36,376 bases of DNA from a virus (Duplodnaviria; Caudoviricetes): positions 1 through 36,376 of IMG/VR virus record IMGVR_UViG_3300044454_000033; one strand, given 5' to 3'. The translations under genes and the position numbers were made by a program. Of the stretch, positions 9,832-18,500 are shown piece by piece. Below the pieces are notes generated by a model. The model worked only from the letters and a program-made list of their open reading frames with translations, searched no databases and was not told the DNA's origin. The stretch's first letter is position 1, and each line of letters starts with the position of its first letter.

Positions 9832-10257
9832 TTAAACAAGTCTCAGTAATGCTGTAGTAGCAGTTACCGGCGGTAGGTTGACGGTAAACGTGCCATTCGT
9901 TACGGTTTGGTTCCCACCAAAATCAAGCACCGCAATAGCTTTGTTACTCACCGACGAGTTGTAGATCAGGGCTTGACTCGCCGTAAAGGATACACTACTC
10001 CATGTAGGGTTAGAGCTGAAGGTTTGCATAGCAGTCGTACCAGACGCACTAGAGTCCACATTGGTGAGTGGGAACCCTCCCGCAGTGTAGTTCGCATGTG
10101 CAACCTCGTTGGATGAAGAGTAGGCAGTGGTGGTGGCATCCAGTGCCGCCGACGATGTGTAAAGCGCGCACTTGAACGTGTGCCCTCCCGACGCCGAAAA
10201 GTTGTGCGCCGCACGAAACAACTCTACCTTAAAGCTCGTACACAACGCCTGCGTCAT
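9832..10257 (-). CDS. Conserved small phage virion/fibre protein, CTSFKVEL family (paralog 1, 141 aa)
   Basis: ATGA coupling to the upstream gene; TQALCTSFKVEL..HNF..GHTFKCALYTSSA.LDATTTAY..NEV..YTAGG..ALIYN..AIAVLDFGG motif. Confidence 0.8.
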   Translation of the reverse strand: MTQALCTSFKVELFRAAHNFSASGGHTFKCALYTSSAALDATTTAYSSSNEVAHANYTAGGFPLTNVDSSASGTTAMQTFSSNPTWSSVSFTASQALIYNSSVSNKAIAVLDFGGNQTVTNGTFTVNLPPVTATTALLRLV

Positions 10258-10868
10258 GTCGTAACTTCCTTAGACACGGAGATGTTGCCGGTGAAGATAC
10301 GCGTTACCGCACCAGACGGCCCTGTCATCTCCAGATCGTAAACACCCTTCGTCCATGTCAGCAACGACGACACAGTGTCCGCAGCCGCGATGTTGAGTGT
10401 GATTGTATTCCCCGACGGGTCCAGTAGGATACGGTTGTCGCCGAGATTGCTGCTCAGCGTCATCAGGACCGTCCCACCCACCCTATCCTTGATCTCCATC
10501 TTCGCAATGTATCCTGCGAGGTTGACCGGCGTGTAGTACTGCAGGTACCCACCAGATGTGTACGGAGAAAAAATGGCGCTGTTCACGTTGTTCAGCGACA
10601 CCGTATTCGGGTCAACTACGGTTACCTGTTGGAACTCCGACTCACGCGGGGGCGAGTGCTTGGCGTTGATGTCGGTCATGCCCAGCACGCTCACTACCGC
10701 AGCACGCCAGCCGTTAGTCAGCCCGTGCCCGGTCGCGGTGATGACCACAGGCGCAGCCCGCGAAATCGCAGTAATCGCCTTGTACACGAACGGGGGCGTC
10801 TCCCAGCGGATGACCCGCTGAAAAGTTTCACCCTGCAGGATTACAAAATTCTGTTTCTTCGCGGCCAT
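10254..10868 (-). CDS. Fibre adaptor-like beta-sandwich (LtfC/BppU-like) with an inserted FCCH-like beta module (204 aa)
   Basis: RBS TAGGAG; QGETF...PVNLAGYIAKMEIKD...ITLNI.AADT...GVYDLEM..G.VTRI..G.ISVSKEVT pattern interrupted by ITAISRAAPVVITATGHGLTNG...GMTDIN. Confidence 0.65.
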   Translation of the reverse strand: MAAKKQNFVILQGETFQRVIRWETPPFVYKAITAISRAAPVVITATGHGLTNGWRAAVVSVLGMTDINAKHSPPRESEFQQVTVVDPNTVSLNNVNSAIFSPYTSGGYLQYYTPVNLAGYIAKMEIKDRVGGTVLMTLSSNLGDNRILLDPSGNTITLNIAAADTVSSLLTWTKGVYDLEMTGPSGAVTRIFTGNISVSKEVTT

Positions 10869-10877
10869 GCCGTTCTC

Positions 10878-12014
10878 CTACTTCAACTTCGCCATCTGCT
10901 TGATCGTCTCATCCTTGCCCGCACTTGACCGCGACGAACCAAAGCCCCAGTCGTTCTGCGTACGCAGCATGTTGACGAAGGTGGTAGCGAGCATCACGAA
11001 CAGAATGATGATCTGCCCGTTAGGTTCAACACCGTCGTTCAGATACATCTGCAGGCCCAATAGCGCGCCCGTGAAAACCGTAATCATCCCCACAAGCGTC
11101 ATCGTGAACGTCATCATCGGCTTCTGGATGTTCTGCGACGGGTCCTCTTTATTGCGCAGGAACGCCGCCTGCTTCGAGTCCTCTTCCGCCGCCCACTCTT
11201 CCTTGCTGTACTGATGCAGTTGCGTCAACACCGGGGCCAGCTTGTCGAGTTCAGCCAGTGCATCACGCTCCACCGCCTGCATCATGACGGGGTTCGCCTG
11301 CACCGTGTTAACGGCAGCGATGGCAGCTTTCGGATCATCCCGCAGGGTTTGTGTGTTCGTGCCCGTGGCCGTGGCAATGGCGCTCAGCACACCGTCTATG
11401 ATCGCCGTGGCCGCAGTCGGATCGCCGCCATGCTTTTCCAGCGCGCCTTCCACCTTCTGCCGCGCAAGCGGAGCGAAGCCGCCGATCACTGCTTGGATCA
11501 GCCCCATCAATAGTCCTGCACCCATGTTCGTCTCCCCTTCTGGTTGAACTGGAATTTCTTGTCCCGCTGGTGGATGTGGTGGTAGTTCCGATACGACGCT
11601 GTGATTGAACTCGTTGAAGATGCGCTCAGCCAGCTCCGCTCGTATCGCAGCATCTTTGTCAGGATACTTGGGACGCTCGTATAGGCGACATATCACATCT
11701 GCGGCTGCGGCTGCGGTTGTGCATCGGGAAAGTGCATCGCCCGCCCGTTTTTCTGTGCTCTGCAGCTCCGCGTGCGCCCAGTGAAGTTGATCCTCCAGCG
11801 ACGACCCGCGAATGGGCTTGCCCAGCAACGCCTCGAATCCATCCTGACGATCAGGGTGCCATTGCGCAATCCCGTAGGCTAAGCCACCGTCACCCACCGC
11901 GTCATGACGCAGGCCGCTCTCTGCCTCGAAGTTGGCAACAAGCCCTGCCGACTGCTCCAGCGACCACCCATACTGGATGAAGAACTCAACCGCCTGCTGT
12001 CGTTTCGTACTCAC
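10878..12014 (-). CDS. Endolysin (phage-tail-lysozyme-type) fused in frame to a holin-like membrane domain (378 aa); internal start at 11525
   Basis: aa 1-135: SAGLVANFEAESGL..AYGIAQW..R..QL.W..EL..YERP lysozyme motifs. aa 164-378: hydrophobic N-segment, two TM helices and the FGSSRSS..KD tail of 3TM/GTA-type holins. AGGGGAGA RBS before internal ATG 11525. Confidence 0.8.
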   Translation of the reverse strand: MSTKRQQAVEFFIQYGWSLEQSAGLVANFEAESGLRHDAVGDGGLAYGIAQWHPDRQDGFEALLGKPIRGSSLEDQLHWAHAELQSTEKRAGDALSRCTTAAAAADVICRLYERPKYPDKDAAIRAELAERIFNEFNHSVVSELPPHPPAGQEIPVQPEGETNMGAGLLMGLIQAVIGGFAPLARQKVEGALEKHGGDPTAATAIIDGVLSAIATATGTNTQTLRDDPKAAIAAVNTVQANPVMMQAVERDALAELDKLAPVLTQLHQYSKEEWAAEEDSKQAAFLRNKEDPSQNIQKPMMTFTMTLVGMITVFTGALLGLQMYLNDGVEPNGQIIILFVMLATTFVNMLRTQNDWGFGSSRSSAGKDETIKQMAKLK

Positions 12015-12220
12015 GATGTCCTCGTCGCTTGCATCACGTACTTATCCCCGATCATGTAGAGACCAGCGTCGCAGGCGTCCACCCGCCACGTCATTTCACC
12101 ACCCCCGGAAATTTCGCCGCAGGACGGTAGCTGCCACGTAAGCTCGACAGTCTTGCCTGCATCGAATGGCGGGCTGATATGGCGCAGCGTCATGCAGATA
12201 GAAACACGGTGCGCGCTCAT
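12011..12220 (-). CDS. Small hypothetical protein in the lysis module (69 aa)
   Basis: Coupled at both ends (ATGA upstream, GTGA downstream). Confidence 0.6.
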   Translation of the reverse strand: MSAHRVSICMTLRHISPPFDAGKTVELTWQLPSCGEISGGGEMTWRVDACDAGLYMIGDKYVMQATRTS

Positions 12221-12570
12221 TTTTGATTTATCCGCAGCCCGTTCTGCCCTGCAACAAGTTGCTGCAGAACTTCGATTTGACTGCTGATACGATCCATGCG
12301 AGCAAGCAACTCTCGGCGCTGTTCTGTTGCTTCCAGTTCGTGCCTACGCGAAGTTGCCTCTACATGATCCGTGCGAACTTCGACAACGCGAATTCGCTCG
12401 TTAATGCTTGACCCCCAAATTACAAGCGCAATAATGAACGGGCTGATACCCACGAATGTACCGACGATCTCCTTAATCATCGTCCACTCGGAGCGAGTCT
12501 TGAGTCCGTTACTGGACTCTTCAGATTGAACTTGTAGTGTGGTCATGTCCCGCTCATTTGGTGTTGGCAT
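12217..12570 (-). CDS. Single-TM plus coiled-coil membrane protein (holin/spanin-like), up to 117 aa; start uncertain
   Basis: TM segment IVGTFVGISPFIIALVIWG followed by a heptad-rich helix; located at the head of the lysis module. Confidence 0.65.
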   Translation of the reverse strand: MPTPNERDMTTLQVQSEESSNGLKTRSEWTMIKEIVGTFVGISPFIIALVIWGSSINERIRVVEVRTDHVEATSRRHELEATEQRRELLARMDRISSQIEVLQQLVAGQNGLRINQK

Positions 12571-15500
12571 AAGAGTACCGCTCCATCAAAGGCAGATAGC
12601 GCGGCAGCGTGGCAATGTCGGTACCGCTAATGTCAACGACAGCACGTGCTTTCGCACGCGCGCTCATACCCGAACCCACGTCGATACGAAACTGTGGGTT
12701 CTGTGTGTTGAACGCCAACACGTCTTGCAGAACTTGGGTGGTGTCCTCACCACTTTCTGCTGCGCGAAAATACTGATTCGACAGCACAGTCTTACGCTGC
12801 TTCAGCAGACCTTCCATTTGCCGCATGGCGAAGTTAACCTCAGACTGTTCTGCCTTAACCGATGGGGTAAATCCTACACCCTGCACGAACAACGCCCATG
12901 GAGTAACCTCCATGGGTAACCTGTTACCTGTAGCGGTAGTGTACCCGGTATCGCCCATCTTCACTGACTTGATCGGACCCCGCAACGCCAGCGGAGTCAT
13001 CTGGATCAGTCCGTCCATCAACATGCCGTCCGCGATCTTGCCTAAACCGACGAACATGTCCTGCCCCGCGCTTACCGCTGGGCCGAGAAGATCGAGCGCA
13101 CCGCTTTCAACTTTGTCCTTGAACACGCGCCGATCTGCGAAGAAGCGGGACCCCGGCAGAACGTCAGCGAGACCGGCACGATTGCTGGTATCGAACCCCA
13201 GCACAGCGCGCGGAATGCCCCGCGCTATGGCTTCTCCTACGTCCTTACCAACAACGCTAGAGAGCCAGTTGCGATATGCCGTCTTGATGTCCGATGGCTC
13301 GTCGTCCGATCCGAGGATGGCATCAGCAACCCGCGTTATCACCGAGGCCAGCGGAAGCCCCAGCGTACCCGCGATCAGGCTGGTGGTGGCCATCACCCCA
13401 CCAAGCTGGTAACGCGCGATGCTGCGATCTTCAGCCGTCTCCCCGCGCAGCGAGTCGTAGGCCATGCGGTACATCAACTCCATCACCTGAAATGAGTAGT
13501 TCTGGAACGACGCGAGTAGCGGCGTAACCTTTCCAGCAAAGCCGTGCCTGCCCAGTGCACGAGCCGTATTGTGGTCAGAATAATCAAACTGCGTGGCGCG
13601 TACGGCCTCGATGGCATGTCGAGAGGCGAGTTCTCGTTTCGCGTCACTGTCCCCCTCCTTGCGTACTTCGAGGTTGTACGACGTCAGCGCCGCCGTCAGG
13701 CGGTTAACTACTTCGGAATAGTGACTAAACGCGCTCAACCCCTTCATCACTGAAGCGCGCGTGCGCGACTCACCTTCAGCAAGCCGACCCAGCTCATGAC
13801 TCTGCGTCGTGTCGAGCTGCCCCGAGGCCAGCAGTGCGCGAATCATGTCCTTCTCGCCCACCGACAATTTCGACTGGTCGAGCCGCAGCGTAAGGTCAAG
13901 CACACCGTGCACAGCCCCACCAACACCACCCGCAGCCTGACCAGCCGCCCACCCCGCCTTGACCGCATCCTGCACGAGTCCAAAAGCCTTGGCGGATGAA
14001 CGCCCCATCTCCTTGGCACTGGCCACGAACCCGTAGCGTCCACCTAGATACGGCAACGTCAGGTGGTACGGCTGCATCAGGTTGACCATGACGAACGCCG
14101 GGCTGGCGGCAAGGTAGAAGTTAAATCCACCAGACTTCATCATGTCGATGATGGGTGAATCTACCGGGTTGAGACTGTTGGCAAATCGTTTTCCGAATTC
14201 CGTAACCACTGCTTGCGCCACGTCCTGCGTGTTCGGGTCCGAACCCGGATTGCGCAAGCGGTTGGCTTCATCCTTCAACTTCTCGAACGCCTTGTCGTAC
14301 ATCGGCATCGTGTACGCATTCGACAGCATTGTGGACATGCCGATGGAGCGTTTGGCGAAGCTACGTCGGAAGTCCGCGTCATAGCCAGCGATACCACCGC
14401 CCCTACGCTGCGCAAGCGCCTTCGCTGGTGATGTATCTGGCTGCAGATTCAACAGCTCCTTCGTCATGAATAGCCGCAGTTCTTCGCCCTGTGCTCCGGG
14501 GAATGCTGCCTGCACGCGCCGGATCAGCATCTGCGCCACATGCGGGAGTCCTTTGGTAAGCGCGTACAGGTCGTCATTATTGGCGAGACTACCCGCCCGC
14601 ATAGTATCCGGCTCGATGTGCTCGCTTATGGACTTCACTGCCGCCGCCGCTGCATTCCTGCGCGCGGGGTCCTCGAAGCGCATAAACACACGATTCTGAT
14701 TCGGTGTTCCGATCACCTTGCCGAACGACGCGAGCGCCTGCTGCACCGCTTGCCAATGCACCTCACCCGGTAGCGCGGAAAATTCGACAAAGTAGTCACC
14801 AGAACGACCAAGGTGTTGGTACGGGTTCGCCACCGCAAGGTGATACAACTTCTCCACCTGCCTCACTTCCTCGCCCAAAAACGACTTCGCTTCCCCGATC
14901 TCAGTACCAAGGTGCTCAAATACCCCACGCAGCGTCTTATCCAAGTCGGCTGAGTATGCGTCAAAGTAATAGTCGGGGCGCGGGTTCACGCCCTTACCAA
15001 AATCGGGGCTTTGAATGTCCAGCAACTTCACCGCCGGAGAGATGTTGGTTTCACTCTCCGTATGTGTACGCAATATTCCAACCAACGTCTGCGCTGTCTG
15101 CTGGATGTAGTTCTTGCGGAACACGCGCACCGAATCTTCCAACACCTTGCGCAACGCGGGATCGACACGCATGTACTCGGCGTGGAGCTGGTTCACGTAG
15201 CTGCGCAGTTCAGGATCAAGTTCCTTGTTGCGCCGAAGATTCTCATCGAAGTTCTTGTTCAGATCGATGTTCAGCACGCTCTGCTCACCCGCGAACTGCA
15301 TCAGCCGCTGGTTCATCTTCTCAGCTTGCTGCCGAGGCATCTTCGCCAGCAGCATGTCCAGCGGCTTGAGCACGCTGGAAAACTCCAACTGCTTGTTCTG
15401 CCGCATCGTCGTCTTGGTCGAATCGGCGAACATGAAGTCTCGCACGCCATCAACCATGGGCCGCAACGCGGGCACGCGGTCGATCATCTGCGCGAGATTG

Positions 15501-18500
15501 AACGTCGTGGACAACGACAGCATGGCGCTGCGCGCCTTCTCCCCAAGCTGACCAACGAACTTGTGGTCTGCTGCGAACCGCTCGTACTGCTTCGTAAGCG
15601 CACCGACCGTCAAGTCCACTTGCGAGAACGCGCCAGTCACGGAATGCTCGAACGTCAACGCACTGTTCGCAGCAAACCGCGAATTGCTGAGATACGGAAT
15701 GGAGAGCCGCAGCGCATGCTCCCACATCGAATCAACCTCAGTGGTAGTGCGACCAAACAGCCCGTTCCACCAGTTCTTGACGCGCTGCCACAGCGACAGC
15801 TCCTGCGACACCTGCGTGCTTAGCCAGTCTTGGAACTTGTCGTTGGACAGAACTTCCGCGACGAACTCTTCCTCGTTCTTGAACGCGTAGGCGCTGGGTG
15901 GATTCAGCTCCTTGATACGCGCCATGAGGTCGCGCAGCTCGTTCAGTGACGCGACCGCCGCTTTCTGTTCGACGGTACGAACCATCCAAGAAATCTTCTC
16001 AGCCGCTTTCGCAAACGCAATACGAGCAACTGTCGCCGCGTGCGTCGCTTCGTGGATGACAGTATGGGCATTCTCACCTCCGAGGTAGATGCTGATCCCC
16101 CCATTGACGTGGTGATACCGTCCGTAGACTCGGTTACCATCCTTGTCACGCGCGACGGTCCCGGCCAACCTGACAGGGGATTTCAGACTTAATCCACGAA
16201 GGATATGCGCCATGGACCGAAGCCACTCAGACGGCGCGCTCGTCTCCAGTAACTGCAGCACGCGGTCGAGATTGCCTCGCCCAAGCTCCTGCGCAAGCGA
16301 TTGCGAGTACGTGTAGTTGGGAAGCTCCGCATGCAGATTATCCAGCGTCGGGTCCATACGCGTACGACGATCCACTTCGGCGTCGAACGCAGCCTTCTCA
16401 GCCTTCGACATCTTCGACACCTGCACCACACCGCCACGCTTATCCGACAACTCGGCCAGATACGCGTCATAGTGCTTCTGCTTGTTGTTCTTCCGCAGCC
16501 GTTCGATCTCGGCGTGCACGACGCTATCGCGCAGGTAGATCGATTCCAACTGTTTGACGCGCTCCATGCCAGCCGCGTATTCCGCAGGGTCGTACGCCTT
16601 CAGCCACTCCAACGCAGCAGTGGCATTAGCCTTGTCGCGCGCTGCCTGAACCTTCTCGGTTGCATCGAACTTGACGCGCGTGCCCGCTGAATTTTTTCCT
16701 TCCGCCATATTCACGGCGTTGGCAAAGTCCGTCGTCCACGTGGCATTCAGCGAATTGCCGATACCCTTCTCAGGCAGGAAGTTGTAGTACTCGAACGCGA
16801 ACTGACTGGACGATGGCACATTCCGTTGGTGTTCCACGGGGATGTTGCGCCCTTCCTCAAGCGCGTAATGCTTGGCCAAATTGCGCGCACGTTCCGCCGC
16901 TCGCGCAGTCTTTGCACGCAGTTGCCACTTACTCTGCGCCGTCGTGGGCGTGTCGTATGAGATCGTCCCATCCGGCGCAGTGAACGAGAACGCGCCCCAC
17001 GGAACTTCTTCCCCAGTGGACTCGACCTTAACCTGCGGAGTTTCCGCAAGCAAACTCATTCGACGTGGCTCCGCTCGCGCGGCCTGCACCGTCGCTTGGG
17101 TTTTCTTCGCAACGGGTGCAGCAACCGGGGGGGACTCCACCGCAAGGGGAGTAGAAACGGCTTCGCCTACCCCCGGCGCTGCAGCGGGTGCGGGCGTCAG
17201 CAGGCTTTGCTTTTGCCCTTCATCATTGCGCTGGGCTTCGGCATTCCTTTGCCCTTGCCCATTGACGAGGGGGTCTTGGAAGAGGGAGCCGACTTGCCCT
17301 TGAGGAACTTCGCTGGGAGTGCCATGTGCGTTCTCCTGAGAAAGTTGCGCCGCCGGTAGCGGCAGCGTGGGGGTACCACTGGTGAGGTGGTCGATCACGG
17401 CGCTCATCGCGTCGCGGCTGACTGTGTTCTCGGTCATGGCGTCGCGGGCCTTGCGCAACGCCACAAGCTGCTGCATCCACATCTTCTTACCCGATGCGGA
17501 TGACAGCGCCATCTCGATCTTCTTGCGTACTTGGCCTTTGTACTCGGTCCCTGCGTTCGTCACCGCAACGCGGGCTACATTCTTCAGCCCGGCGTCAGTG
17601 ATCGGCGTGTTGCCGTTGATGGCAAGCTGCCGTTCGGCTTCAGCGCGAGCAACCGGGTTCGAGACTGGGGGAAGCTCCAGCGCCGCTTGATTGCCGGGCT
17701 GCTTCGCCAGCTTGGCGAGATCGCGCGCCTTCTGCGCTTCTGCCTGCTGCGTACTTCTGGAGACTTCCTCCAGCCGCGCCTTATACGCCGCCTGTGTCTC
17801 GATGCCCCGCCGCACACCTGCCGCTTCCAGCGCCTGCGCCATGGCCGTTGGCGTAGCCGCTTGCTCTGCCTTCTGCGTGCTCCAAAGCGGGGATGGACGC
17901 TCCCCCGCCGGGCGGTTCAGCACCGGCTGTAAGTCAAGTTCGCCCTGCGCGTCATTGCGCGGAGTGAACGGGATAGTCTCGACCGGCTCGATGTTGCCGC
18001 CTTGCCGGGGTGACGGCTCCAGCGCGAACGGGCGTTGCTCGACCGGCGGAATACTCGACCCCGGCTCCGCATTGAGATCGAGCTGATCCTGTGGCGCGAC
18101 CACACCGCGTTGCTCCGCGCTTGCGAGATCGCCGCGTTGCGCCAGCTCCTGATCGACGTACAACCGATACGCCTCACGCTGCCCAGCTCTGGTCGTCTTG
18201 CCCTTGGCCAGCTTCAGCCCATCATCCGGGGTCTGCTTGAGCCAGTCTGCAAACGACAGCACACCGGGCTGCGTGTTGACGATGTAACCACGCGCGACTG
18301 ACTCCGCAGTGGGGCGAGCCGCAACACGCGCATCCGCCTCAATTTGGTTCGCGTCTTGCTGCGCCTGCGTAACGCCGATGTCGTTCCACTGTTCATCGAA
18401 CCACTTGGCGTTCTTTACTCGGTCCAAACGCCACAGTGCGAACTGTTCCTTGCCCACCAACGGTTCAATCGACGGTGCGAGCTGCGCTGCTGCTGCGTTG

